DNA of 64,000 nt from IMG/VR virus record IMGVR_UViG_3300005611_000002, positions 1 to 64,000 of that record; one strand, 5' to 3'. How positions within the stretch are numbered: position 1 is the first letter of the stretch; every line of letters begins with the position of its first letter. The position numbers and the translations under genes are program-made. Below the pieces are notes generated by a model. It did no database searches, was not told where the DNA came from, and worked only from the letters and a program-made list of their open reading frames with translations. Shown piece by piece: positions 15,914 through 25,460 of the stretch. The stretch comes from a virus (lineage: Duplodnaviria; Caudoviricetes).

Positions 15914-16159
15914 ATGAATCAAATTATCAAAACAAGAACCGCTGATAATATACATCAAGAAATAGCTCATATGCTGTCAAATGGTGTGACTTATATTGAT
16001 GCACTAGTCGAGTATGCTAAAAAGAATGATCTTGAGATTGAAACTGTGGCTGAGATCATAAAAAGATCCACAGTGATCAAAGAAAAGATACGAGACGAAG
16101 CAGTGAAAATGAAGATGGTGAAAAAAGATGGGAATCGGGATATCACAGAACTATGCTAA
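15914..16159 (+). CDS. 33: Late-transcription co-activator gp33
   Basis: TYIDALVEY...EIETVA...KEKI; synteny 33-59-32. Confidence 0.8.
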   Translation: MNQIIKTRTADNIHQEIAHMLSNGVTYIDALVEYAKKNDLEIETVAEIIKRSTVIKEKIRDEAVKMKMVKKDGNRDITELC

Positions 16160-16733
16160 CGAAAAGTCCTTCAAAGTATTCGTAGATTATCTCGCCCTCA
16201 AAAAACACTTTACTACAAAAGGCTACGATTACCACAAGTATAACGGAAAAGTCAGAGCTTCATTTGAAAAGTTTCAAACTAGGTCTGACTTGTTTTTCTT
16301 CTATAAACTCTCAAGAAAGAAAGATTACAAAAATATTCTCATTTCGAATATGATCAAAAATCCAAATGTCTGGATTCGAGATGTAATAGAAGAAAATGGT
16401 ACTGAAGTATATAATGACTGGATCAAGAGAATTGAGTCACTCTCTTACTCCTTCAAGATAGATCTCAACAAATTGAAAGAAAGCTACAAGGATAATTTTG
16501 TTGTACCCTCTGGTCAGCATCCTTACCTTATGACTCTTTATCTTCAAAAGCAAATATCATTTGAAACATTTACAATACTTTGTCACCTCTCGAAAACTTT
16601 TGACTACTGGGAAAAAGAAATAGTTGACAAAATCGTAGCAAGTGATATAATGCTATTATCGAAGAAGTATTATCCATTTCTCGAGATTGACGAAAAAAAG
16701 TTTTCCAAGATTGTCAAAGAACGCTTTTTCTAG
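16128..16733 (+). CDS. 59: Helicase loader gp59
   Basis: YLALKKHFT..YDYHKYNGK. Confidence 0.9.
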   Translation: MGIGISQNYANEKSFKVFVDYLALKKHFTTKGYDYHKYNGKVRASFEKFQTRSDLFFFYKLSRKKDYKNILISNMIKNPNVWIRDVIEENGTEVYNDWIKRIESLSYSFKIDLNKLKESYKDNFVVPSGQHPYLMTLYLQKQISFETFTILCHLSKTFDYWEKEIVDKIVASDIMLLSKKYYPFLEIDEKKFSKIVKERFF

Positions 16734-16802
16734 TATAAATAACAGTACGACCGATACAGGTCGTGCACAATGCAATACATCGCAAAACAAGGAGATACTA
16801 AT

Positions 16803-17741
16803 ATGTCAGCATTTGACGCACTCAAAAAGAACCGTAAAAAGTCCCTCGATAAACTCAAAGATCAGATTGATAAGATCGCGACAAAGAGCTACGCAGATCC
16901 CAACGCAGACAAATTCTGGAAGCCTACACGCGATAAAGCGGGTAACGCTTTTGCTATTATTCGTTTTCTGCCTGGAACTGATCCTTCTGGTGAAGAACCT
17001 CCTTTTGTTCGCACTTGGGATCACGGTTTCCAAGGTCCTACAGGTCTTTGGTATATCGAAAAATCTCTCACTACAATCAGTAAAGACGACCCAGTTTCTG
17101 AGTTGAACTCAAAGCTCTGGAACACTGGAGTTGAAGCTGATAAAGACCAAGCTCGCAAGCAAAAACGTCGCTTGAAGTACGTGTCCAACATCTACGTGAT
17201 CAAGGATAGTGCAAATCCAGAAAATGAAGGTAAGGTTTTCCTTTATGAGTATGGTAAGAAAGTCTATGATAAGATCAATGATATGATGTTTCCTCAGTAT
17301 GAGGACGAAGAAGAGGTCAATCCGTTTGATCTCTGGGAAGGTGCAAACTTCCGTTTGAAAATTCGCATGTTCGAAGGTTATCCGAACTACGATAAGTCCG
17401 AGTTTGACTCGCCAGGACCTCTGTCGGATGACGATGATGAAATGGAACGCATCTTCAATGAACAGCATTCTCTCAAAGAACTCATTGACGAGAAAAACTT
17501 CAAGTCATACGACGAGTTGAAAGCTAAACTCTATCGCGTTCTGAACTTGAACGGTGATGCTCCAGACTCAAGCAAGACTGCAGAAGACGATGTTGATGTA
17601 GATCTTGACATGAGCAATCTTGGAAAAGAGTCGGCAGCACCTGAAATGAAAGAGGCTGCGTGTACTTCGGTTGGAGACACTTCATCCATTGACGAAGATG
17701 ATGACGATCTAGCGCTATTCAAAGAATTGGCTAAAGGCTAA
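16803..17741 (+). CDS. 32: ssDNA-binding protein gp32
   Basis: AIIRFLP, GANFRLK, NYDKSEF, acidic tail. Confidence 0.95.
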   Translation: MSAFDALKKNRKKSLDKLKDQIDKIATKSYADPNADKFWKPTRDKAGNAFAIIRFLPGTDPSGEEPPFVRTWDHGFQGPTGLWYIEKSLTTISKDDPVSELNSKLWNTGVEADKDQARKQKRRLKYVSNIYVIKDSANPENEGKVFLYEYGKKVYDKINDMMFPQYEDEEEVNPFDLWEGANFRLKIRMFEGYPNYDKSEFDSPGPLSDDDDEMERIFNEQHSLKELIDEKNFKSYDELKAKLYRVLNLNGDAPDSSKTAEDDVDVDLDMSNLGKESAAPEMKEAACTSVGDTSSIDEDDDDLALFKELAKG

Positions 17742-17744
17742 GGA

Positions 17745-17765
17745 ATGGAGCTTCGGCTCCATTCT
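17745..17765 (+). terminator. UUCG hairpin after gene 32
   Basis: AATGGAGC-TTCG-GCTCCATT. Confidence 0.6.
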
Positions 17766-17783
17766 CCATCTTTGGAGTAATTC

Positions 17784-18074
17784 ATGAAAAAAGAATACGA
17801 AGACTTATCCGACTTCGACTTCGGTTTCAGTTTTATTGACGATGAAATTGAAGAAGAGCGCGAAACAAAGAAAAAACTCGAAACAGAGTTTACAGTCAGT
17901 CAAGAAACAATCAACGATCTCAATCATAGACTTCATTCATTATATGGAGCAATTGAACCTTTTCTTGACAATCTTTGTAAGAATTCAGAAAAGTCAACAA
18001 TTTATTGGCCCGATAGAGTAGATAAGATCCGGGCCTATAAGAAAAAGCTTCAGCAAATTGTAGAGGGAAACTAA
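17784..18074 (+). CDS. Hypothetical protein
   Basis: GGAG RBS; DFDFGFSF...IYWPDR. Confidence 0.75.
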   Translation: MKKEYEDLSDFDFGFSFIDDEIEEERETKKKLETEFTVSQETINDLNHRLHSLYGAIEPFLDNLCKNSEKSTIYWPDRVDKIRAYKKKLQQIVEGN

Positions 18075-18075
18075 T

Positions 18076-18987
18076 ATGAGTCTATTAGACAAGTTAGTCA
18101 AAAATAGTACTATCAAGATGACGTCACCACTCGATAGTTCTAAGGTGTTTGGTAAAAAAGAAATGGCTCCAACACCAGTTCCTATGGTGAACGTGGCGCT
18201 ATCTGGAAAAATTGATGGCGGTCTTTCTCCTGGTCTTTTGTTACTTGCCGGTCCATCTAAGCACTTCAAATCAGCATTTGCTTTGCTTATGGCAGCGGCT
18301 TATTTGAATAAGCATGATGATGCTATTCTACTCTTTTATGATTCGGAATTTGGTACGCCTCAAGCATACTTCGAGTCATTTGGAATTGATATGAGCCGAG
18401 TAGTTCACACGCCTATCGTGAATGTAGAAGAACTTAAATTCGACATTGTAAAACAACTTGATAGTATTGAGAAGAAAGACAACGTTGTGATTGTCATTGA
18501 CTCGATTGGTAACCTTGCGTCAAAGAAAGAAGCAGACGATGCACTTGACGGTAAGTCTGTTGCTGATATGTCTCGTGCAAAGGCTCTCAAGTCTTTATTC
18601 CGTATTGTGACACCGCATCTTAATTTGAAGGACATTCCTTTGATTGCGGTAAACCATACATATAAGGAAATCGGCCTCTTTCCGAAAGATGTAGTATCTG
18701 GCGGATGCGTTGCGGCCGGAACTGAAATCCAAACTCCAGGTGGATTGAAAAAAGTTGAAGATTTTAATGTAGGCGAACGAGTTGTAACGTTGAGTGGCGA
18801 ACAAGTCGTGTCTCACGTTTGGAACCCAGATACACTGGAAGAAGGAAATCCAGAGTGTTATGAAATAACATTTGAAGATGGGTATACCGTCGTTGTATCA
18901 GATAAACACAAATTCCTTGTTGATGGAAAATGGATCGAAACAAAAGATCTAGTCGTTGGGTTGGATTGCACTGTATTAAATACCTAA
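18076..18987 (+). CDS. uvsX: UvsX (RecA-like) N-extein + split intein N-fragment (18706-18984)
   Basis: GPSKHFKS Walker A, YDSEFG, IDSIGN; intein block A CVAAGTEI, block B SDKHKF. Confidence 0.93.
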   Translation: MSLLDKLVKNSTIKMTSPLDSSKVFGKKEMAPTPVPMVNVALSGKIDGGLSPGLLLLAGPSKHFKSAFALLMAAAYLNKHDDAILLFYDSEFGTPQAYFESFGIDMSRVVHTPIVNVEELKFDIVKQLDSIEKKDNVVIVIDSIGNLASKKEADDALDGKSVADMSRAKALKSLFRIVTPHLNLKDIPLIAVNHTYKEIGLFPKDVVSGGCVAAGTEIQTPGGLKKVEDFNVGERVVTLSGEQVVSHVWNPDTLEEGNPECYEITFEDGYTVVVSDKHKFLVDGKWIETKDLVVGLDCTVLNT

Positions 18988-19028
18988 AATAACATAAATT
19001 ATAAATATAGGTATCTAATATAAAGGAG

Positions 19029-19829
19029 GTGCCTATGCATATTGTTTATCGTTTAATATTCAATAAAAGAAAAGAAAGACTAGAAGAGCCGTATATGTAC
19101 ATTGGATCTAAATCGAATTGTAAAATAGAAAATAATTTGATAATTGATACTAACGGTAAAAAATATTACGGCTCTTCAAGCATAGAAAATTGGGAAACGC
19201 TAATAAGTGAAGATGATATAACTGTTGAAGTGTTAAAAGAATTCGAAGAATACGTAGATGCGCTGAATTTTGAATCTGCTATTCAAAAAAGTTTAGATGT
19301 TGTTGCATCAACAGAATATTTTAATTTATCTATAGCTACAGTAAATTCTTACGCGGATCCTTCTTATGCAACATATAAGCACGTGAGAACTGGCAAATGT
19401 GTTAGGCTACCAAGAAATCATGAAAAGGTATTGACGGGTGAATACGTTGGGGTTACTAAAGGCACAGTTTTATCTGAGGATCAAAGAAAAAAGAGAGGCA
19501 GATCAGGCAAACTAAATCCATTTTACGGAAAAAGTCATACTGAAGAAACAAAAAGAAAAATTTCTTTGGCTAATAGTGTTGAAACTAGATCGCCTGAAAA
19601 GGTAGAAGAATGGATAGAAAGAGTTGCCAAGAAACCAAAAACAAAAGAACACAAGGAAAAAATAGGTAGAAAAAATCTGTTAATGTTAAAGAATGTACAA
19701 ACTGGTGAATGTATTCGAATACACAAATCGTTAAAAGAAGAATTCGATCCAAACATCTGGATGAACCCATATTCAGCAAAATTATTTTTAGAAAAGAGAA
19801 AGGAAAATAATGAAAATCTCATCGATTAA
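19029..19829 (+). CDS. Free-standing GIY-YIG-like homing endonuclease with NUMOD3 (start probably 19035)
   Basis: IVY...YIGSK, YYGSS, YFN; NPFYGKSHTEETKRKIS. Confidence 0.8.
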   Translation: MPMHIVYRLIFNKRKERLEEPYMYIGSKSNCKIENNLIIDTNGKKYYGSSSIENWETLISEDDITVEVLKEFEEYVDALNFESAIQKSLDVVASTEYFNLSIATVNSYADPSYATYKHVRTGKCVRLPRNHEKVLTGEYVGVTKGTVLSEDQRKKRGRSGKLNPFYGKSHTEETKRKISLANSVETRSPEKVEEWIERVAKKPKTKEHKEKIGRKNLLMLKNVQTGECIRIHKSLKEEFDPNIWMNPYSAKLFLEKRKENNENLID

Positions 19830-20361
19830 AAACGTTGGGAGAAAACCAGTATATGATCTATCTGTATCTGAAGTCGAACACTATGTTTTAAAAAACGGGG
19901 TCGTGACACATAATACTGGGATTTATTACTCGGCAGACGCAATCTGGATTATCGGTCGTCAACAAGACAAAGTTGGTACCGAGATTCAGGGCTATCACTT
20001 CATCATCAATATCGAAAAATCTCGTCACGTCAAGGAAAAATCTAAGATTCCGATTAGCGTGAGTTGGGAAGGCGGCATTGTCAAGTGGTCTGGTTTGATG
20101 CAAGTGGCTGAAGAAGGTGGATATGTTCGCAAACCAAAAACCGGTTGGTACGAAGCGGTCGATCCGAGTACAGGTGAAATCATTTCCGATAAGATGATGC
20201 GCGCTAAGGAAATGACAAATAATCCTGAGTTCTGGCAAAAAATGTTCAATGATACAGATTTTGCTGCGTATATTACAAAACGATATACTGTGGGCTCTTC
20301 GGGTAGTATTATCAAGGACGATGAATACGTTGAAGATGAAGCAGAAGACACCGAAGAATAG
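19810..20361 (+). CDS. uvsX: Split intein C-fragment (35 aa) + UvsX C-extein
   Basis: KPVYDLSV...NGVVTHN/TGIYYSADAIWIIG, EKSR.VKEK. Confidence 0.93.
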   Translation: MKISSIKNVGRKPVYDLSVSEVEHYVLKNGVVTHNTGIYYSADAIWIIGRQQDKVGTEIQGYHFIINIEKSRHVKEKSKIPISVSWEGGIVKWSGLMQVAEEGGYVRKPKTGWYEAVDPSTGEIISDKMMRAKEMTNNPEFWQKMFNDTDFAAYITKRYTVGSSGSIIKDDEYVEDEAEDTEE

Positions 20362-20421
20362 TGTTGACAAATCTTCATCAAAGTTATATAATACTTACTC
20401 GTATAATTGAAAGGGTTATGA

Positions 20422-21747
20422 ATGCTGGAAAAAACAATACTATCGAATCTGATTCTCAACGAAGAATATTCGCGTAAAGTTTTTCCATACATCAAAGAAG
20501 ATTACTTCGAAGAAACCAGTATCAAGAGAGTTTTTTCAACTTACGCACAATATGTAGAAAAGTACAAAGAGTCTCCTTCATTGGAGGCTCTTAAGATCTC
20601 TTTGGATAAGCGAAAAGATCTGAACGAGCAGTCTTACAAAGATGTAATGGAAGTTGTCGACGATGTAAAGCTCGACGAAAATACAAACAATGATTGGCTC
20701 GTAGAAGAAACAGAAAAGTTCTGTCAGGACCGTGATCTCTATAACTCAATCAGGCGTTCTATTTTGATCCTAGATGGCCAAGACAAAGAGTTTGATAAGG
20801 GTTCCATTCCAAAGCTTCTATCGGACTCTCTGGGCATTAGCTTTGACACTAGTGTCGGTCATGATTTTCTTGAAGACTTCGAAGAACGATTTGAATACTA
20901 TCATCGCAAAGAAGAACGACTGCCATTTGATATTGAACTTATCAATAAGGTCACAAAAGGCGGTTTACCTCGCAAATCTATGACAGTGCTACTCGCAACT
21001 ACTGGCGGTGGCAAAAGTTTGTGTAAATGTCACATGGCAGCTTCAAACTTGATGTACGGAAAGAACGTCTTGTATATTACGATGGAACTTGCCGAAGAAG
21101 AGGTGGCTCGTCGTATTGATGCTAATATCATGGACATCACTCTTGATGAAGTGAAAGAATTGCCGCTCAAGACATTTCAAACAAGAATGAGTAGATACAA
21201 GTCAAAGACTACTGGTCGTCTCGTAATCAAAGAATATCCAACCGGTTCTGCTCACGTTGGTCACTTTCGGCATCTGATCAATGAACTTCATATGAAAAAG
21301 AACTTTGTTCCTGACGTGATCTTTGTTGATTATCTAAACATCTGTGCTTCATCTCGTGTTCGAGGCGCCGCTGCGGCTAATTCCTATACACTTGTCAAGT
21401 CCATTGCAGAAGAAGTTCGTGGTCTTGCTATGGAGTTTAATTGCGCAATTGTGACATCATCACAGTTCAATAGAGATGGATATTGTTTAGATTTGAATAC
21501 GATGGTAGAAACCGATAAAGGCAAAACAAAAATATCAAACATCAAAATCGGTGATAAAGTTCTTTCAAATACAGGTTTCAATACTGTAACTAATGTTTAT
21601 GAACAAAAAGAAAAAGAAGTTTATGTAATAAAAACTAAAAGCGGAAAATCTATTATATGCTCCGAAGATCATTTATTTCCAACAGAAGAAGGTGAAATAT
21701 CTATTCGAACAGGACTTGCGGTCGGTAAAAAATTATATGAAAAATGA
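20422..21747 (+). CDS. 41: Replicative helicase gp41 N-extein + split intein N-fragment (21484-21744)
   Basis: TGGGKS, YITMEL, IKEYPT, VDYLNIC; CLDLNT...CSEDHLFPT. Confidence 0.95.
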   Translation: MLEKTILSNLILNEEYSRKVFPYIKEDYFEETSIKRVFSTYAQYVEKYKESPSLEALKISLDKRKDLNEQSYKDVMEVVDDVKLDENTNNDWLVEETEKFCQDRDLYNSIRRSILILDGQDKEFDKGSIPKLLSDSLGISFDTSVGHDFLEDFEERFEYYHRKEERLPFDIELINKVTKGGLPRKSMTVLLATTGGGKSLCKCHMAASNLMYGKNVLYITMELAEEEVARRIDANIMDITLDEVKELPLKTFQTRMSRYKSKTTGRLVIKEYPTGSAHVGHFRHLINELHMKKNFVPDVIFVDYLNICASSRVRGAAAANSYTLVKSIAEEVRGLAMEFNCAIVTSSQFNRDGYCLDLNTMVETDKGKTKISNIKIGDKVLSNTGFNTVTNVYEQKEKEVYVIKTKSGKSIICSEDHLFPTEEGEISIRTGLAVGKKLYEK

Positions 21748-21748
21748 T

Positions 21749-21795
21749 CAATGTTGACCTAACTTATATAAATAATAACGGTTAGGTCAACATTG
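21749..21795 (+). promoter_or_regulatory. 15-bp inverted repeat enclosing a T4 late promoter
   Basis: CAATGTTGACCTAAC / GTTAGGTCAACATTG around TATAAATA (21767-21774). Confidence 0.8.
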
Positions 21796-21803
21796 GAGAT
21801 AAT

Positions 21804-22562
21804 ATGAAGGTAAATTACAGAAAAATTTGGGAAGAACACAATAACAAGAAAATACCTAAGGGTTATCATATACATCACGTTGATGGTGATAAAAATAATA
21901 ATGACCCTTCAAATCTTATGTGTGTTTCACCAGAAGAACACTGGCTAATACATTATTTGCAAGGTGATCCCGTAGCATTATATGGCAAATTTGTTCAAGG
22001 GGCATCAGAGGCTGGTAAAAAGGGAGGCGCGGCAGGTAAAGGCAAAATAATTACAGAAGAACAAAGATTGAAACAGTCAAAATCTCTAAAAGAAACATAT
22101 AGAAAAAGAGGAAAATCTTGGAGAAAGGATTCTAAACTAACCGAAGATCAGAGAAAAAGAATATCCGTAGTAACAAAAGGTGAAAATAATCCCATGTATG
22201 GCAAATCTCACTCTGCAGAAACTCGAAATAAGATTAGTGAGACTAAAAAAAGAAAAATAGAAACCGGAGAAATAATACCGCACAAAACAATCCACTCAGA
22301 AGAAACAAGAAAAAAAATCAGTGACAAGCGAAAAGAATATTATGAAAACGGTGGTGTTTCTCCTTATGCAAATGTGTATGACGTTTTTGATTGTAATTCT
22401 TTATTATGTGAAAACAAATCTAAAAGTGAAATAGAAAAAGAATTGGGTATTAGTGATAAAACTTTTAGAACAATATACACTTATTGTAATAGGAATAAAA
22501 AAATACACCCCAAGCACGAAATCTTAATTTTGAAAAAGGGCAAATATCATGAAATTAGATGA
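21804..22562 (+). CDS. Free-standing HNH homing endonuclease with NUMOD3
   Basis: HIHHVDGDKNNNDPSNL...EH..H; NPMYGKSHS. Confidence 0.9.
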   Translation: MKVNYRKIWEEHNNKKIPKGYHIHHVDGDKNNNDPSNLMCVSPEEHWLIHYLQGDPVALYGKFVQGASEAGKKGGAAGKGKIITEEQRLKQSKSLKETYRKRGKSWRKDSKLTEDQRKRISVVTKGENNPMYGKSHSAETRNKISETKKRKIETGEIIPHKTIHSEETRKKISDKRKEYYENGGVSPYANVYDVFDCNSLLCENKSKSEIEKELGISDKTFRTIYTYCNRNKKIHPKHEILILKKGKYHEIR

Positions 22563-23016
22563 AATAATTTCTATTGAAAAGCTAGATAAAAGAAAAACTG
22601 TAGATATTGAAGTATCTGGGAATCACTTATTTTACGCGAATGGTATATTGACGCACAATTCAAATTCAGACGTTGATCTCACAAATACGTCAGAATCCAT
22701 GGGTATCACTCACACTGCTGATGCAATCTTTGCTTTGATTACATCCGAAGATCTTGAAAGTCGTGGTCAACTGATGATCAAACAGCTGAAAAATCGTTGG
22801 GGTGACCTAGGATACTACCGTCGATTTGTTGTTGGTATTGATCGGTCAAGAATGAAACTCTACGATCTTGAAGACTCTGCTCAAGATAATATTCAGAGTG
22901 AAGCAAGTAAAGCTGTAAATAGCGATGATAGTCCAACTTTTGACAAGACGGACTTTGGTATGAGTGTAAATGACAAACGCAAAAAACTTTTTGAAACAGA
23001 TGGAGAATTGTTGTGA
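22549..23016 (+). CDS. 41: Split intein C-fragment (37 aa) + gp41 C-extein
   Basis: DIEVSGNHLFYANGILTHN/SNSDV..TSESMG..TAD, KQLKNR. Confidence 0.95.
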   Translation: MKLDEIISIEKLDKRKTVDIEVSGNHLFYANGILTHNSNSDVDLTNTSESMGITHTADAIFALITSEDLESRGQLMIKQLKNRWGDLGYYRRFVVGIDRSRMKLYDLEDSAQDNIQSEASKAVNSDDSPTFDKTDFGMSVNDKRKKLFETDGELL

Positions 23017-23204
23017 GCTACGTCGTAAAGGAACTCGAAGGAACCCGTGGTATTGTCGAAACCGACACTGACACGTTTATTCATATGAAAAAGAAAAGCG
23101 AAAAAGAAGTACTGGATATTGCACGTAAACTGAACCTCGGTAGCGGTTTTAATGGTTGGACACCGCAATTTTTTGCTGGTATAAATAATAGAAAAAAAGA
23201 GTGA
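23013..23204 (+). CDS. Hypothetical protein
   Basis: LNLGSGFNGWTP.FF motif, coupled to gene 41. Confidence 0.7.
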   Translation: MSYVVKELEGTRGIVETDTDTFIHMKKKSEKEVLDIARKLNLGSGFNGWTPQFFAGINNRKKE

Positions 23205-23208
23205 AGGT

Positions 23209-24168
23209 ATGATTTCTTTCAAGCGATTTCTCAATGAGGAAAAGAAGATGCAAAAAATGACGCCAGCTGAGTGGCTTAAGTATGATTGGCGAATAGAAGT
23301 ATTTCTTAGAAAATATAGAGACAAAGAAATTTTCGAACTTGCTAATGGCAAGAAAATGATCTTCGATTATGATAAAGGTGTAGAAAGAGACGTTGCTTCT
23401 CGGAACCGAAAGAAAATAACGGATGTAAGACTTTTTGGTGCCACAGACGGCAAGATATATAGAATGAGTGATATAGGTAAAAGCGCTGAATTTGGTGGTA
23501 AAGGCGCTGGAGCAAGCACTGCAAAAGAAGATGCAGAACTCAAGTCTCTTAGAAATCAGCTCAACGATATAAAAGCCGATCTTGCGATGCCTACGGTACC
23601 AATCAAAATAGGAACTAAAGTTTACAAAGTTTTTGATGCCGAAAGTACTCCAGGCACGCCGAAGTCTGATTTTCATCTACTGGATTCTAATGGAAAAGAA
23701 ATTGTTTGGATATCTCACAAAGACGGTAGTAGACCAAAAGACTTTCAGCAGTGGGGTGGTATTTCACGAAGAAACGAACCAGATATATTCAGACATCCTG
23801 AAGTACAAGCTTTCATAAAAGATCTAAAAGAAAAATACCCGGATGGTCTTCCGCGTGCTACAACTCTGTATCGAAAGATTAAAGACGATAAACTCAAGAA
23901 GATGAGCGTGTATGGGAATCAGTATGGTCGCCCTTTAGGAAGACAAAATGTTTCAATAATGATACAAGGCCCAGTAAAGCTTAAAATGTCAGGCTCCGCG
24001 TATGAATTTGTTTCAAACCACGTACATTTGAATGGCGAAGACATGACCGGCGGTTTTGAACCAGTTCTTACTGCAATTTATAAAGGTGATCGTAGTGATG
24101 CGGGTGTAAAAGGTACCAGAATTGTGATTATGCCCATTGAAGGTAGAAAAATGACAGGAGAATTCTGA
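23209..24168 (+). CDS. Hypothetical protein, possible PD-(D/E)xK nuclease fold; capsid-targeting-like N-terminus
   Basis: MISFKRFLNE; PKSD...WISHK..FQQWGG; late promoter upstream. Confidence 0.65.
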   Translation: MISFKRFLNEEKKMQKMTPAEWLKYDWRIEVFLRKYRDKEIFELANGKKMIFDYDKGVERDVASRNRKKITDVRLFGATDGKIYRMSDIGKSAEFGGKGAGASTAKEDAELKSLRNQLNDIKADLAMPTVPIKIGTKVYKVFDAESTPGTPKSDFHLLDSNGKEIVWISHKDGSRPKDFQQWGGISRRNEPDIFRHPEVQAFIKDLKEKYPDGLPRATTLYRKIKDDKLKKMSVYGNQYGRPLGRQNVSIMIQGPVKLKMSGSAYEFVSNHVHLNGEDMTGGFEPVLTAIYKGDRSDAGVKGTRIVIMPIEGRKMTGEF

Positions 24169-25403
24169 TGTTATCATTCAAACAGTATCTCAACGAAGAA
24201 AAAAATCTACACATGACGCACGCCGAAGATGCAGTCATTGACGGCGGAGTGACTGGAACTCGTAACGTAATCAACTATTTCCGTGCTCTTCGTGATATGC
24301 TGTCAGGTAACTCAAAAGCTCCAGTCAATGTAAGCGTGAAATGGGATGGAGCTCCAGCAGTTTTTGCTGGTATTGATCCTTCTGATGGTAAGTTCTTTGT
24401 GGCAAAGAAAGGAATTTTCAACAAAAATCCCAAGGTATACAAGACTGATGCTGATATTGATGCTGATACAAAAGGTGATTTGAACAACAAGCTTAAGCTC
24501 GCGCTTGCTGAGTTACCAAAGCTTGGTATTACAGGAGTGGTTCAGGGTGATTTCCTCTATTCGAGAGACGATATCAAAGAAGATACTATTGATGGAGAAC
24601 CGCATATTACTTTCCATCCTAATACGATTGTTTATGCGGTACCAAAGAAAAGTGGACTTGCAAAAAAGATACTCAGATCCAAGATCGGAGTGGTATGGCA
24701 CACAAAATACCGAGGAGACTCTTTTGAAACAATGCGAGCGAGTTTTGGCGAGGAGATTGCAAGCGATCTCAAAGAAGTAAGTTCTGTTTGGTCTGTTGAT
24801 GCCGTATTCAAGGATCTATCCGGTAGTGCTACAATGACCGCAGCTGAAACGAAAAAAGTGACTCAAATGCTTTCCGAAGTTGGTAAAATCTTTAGAACTG
24901 TTGGACGTGATGCTCTCAATGGTCTATCTGATAATGAAGAACTAAGGCTTCGCACGAATGTGTATATTAATAGTAAAGTTCGTGAAGGTCAACGTGTTGG
25001 TAATCCGAAGGTATTTGTTCGGGGTCTAATCAAATACATCGAAGACTACTATCAAAAAGAAGCAGATAAACGAAAGACCGAAAAAGGCAAGCAAGCACAA
25101 TATGATAAACGTGACTCGGTGCTTGAGTATTTCAAAAAGAATGATACTCGAAAGGTAGAACAGATTTTTGAAATGTACAATTTACTCGTTGACATCAAAC
25201 ATATGATCATCGGAAAACTCAATCAAGTCGAAGGTTTGAAAACTCTTCTGAAAACAAATAAAGGTTATGAAGTCACAGGTCAAGAAGGTTTTGTTGCTAT
25301 TGATCACTACGGTAAGAATGCACTCAAATTAGTAGATCGCCTTCAATTTTCCAAGGCTAACTTCTCACCCGATTATATCAAAGGATTCGAAAAAAGAAAC
25401 TGA
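24168..25403 (+). CDS. Conserved T4-like hypothetical protein with ligase-like KWDG motif
   Basis: MLSFKQYLNE; VKWDGAPA, QGD, EGFVA, KLVDR. Confidence 0.7.
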   Translation: MLSFKQYLNEEKNLHMTHAEDAVIDGGVTGTRNVINYFRALRDMLSGNSKAPVNVSVKWDGAPAVFAGIDPSDGKFFVAKKGIFNKNPKVYKTDADIDADTKGDLNNKLKLALAELPKLGITGVVQGDFLYSRDDIKEDTIDGEPHITFHPNTIVYAVPKKSGLAKKILRSKIGVVWHTKYRGDSFETMRASFGEEIASDLKEVSSVWSVDAVFKDLSGSATMTAAETKKVTQMLSEVGKIFRTVGRDALNGLSDNEELRLRTNVYINSKVREGQRVGNPKVFVRGLIKYIEDYYQKEADKRKTEKGKQAQYDKRDSVLEYFKKNDTRKVEQIFEMYNLLVDIKHMIIGKLNQVEGLKTLLKTNKGYEVTGQEGFVAIDHYGKNALKLVDRLQFSKANFSPDYIKGFEKRN

Positions 25404-25460
25404 TATATCTCAATTGAAAAGTTTGTTTTTATAAATAGTAATACATTATAGGAGAAAACC

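Noticed and set aside
18988-19809. Contiguous inteins broken by sequencing frameshifts
   Set aside because: All three loci have clean stops, their own promoter/RBS and non-LAGLIDADG nucleases in separate frames, matching genuine split inteins
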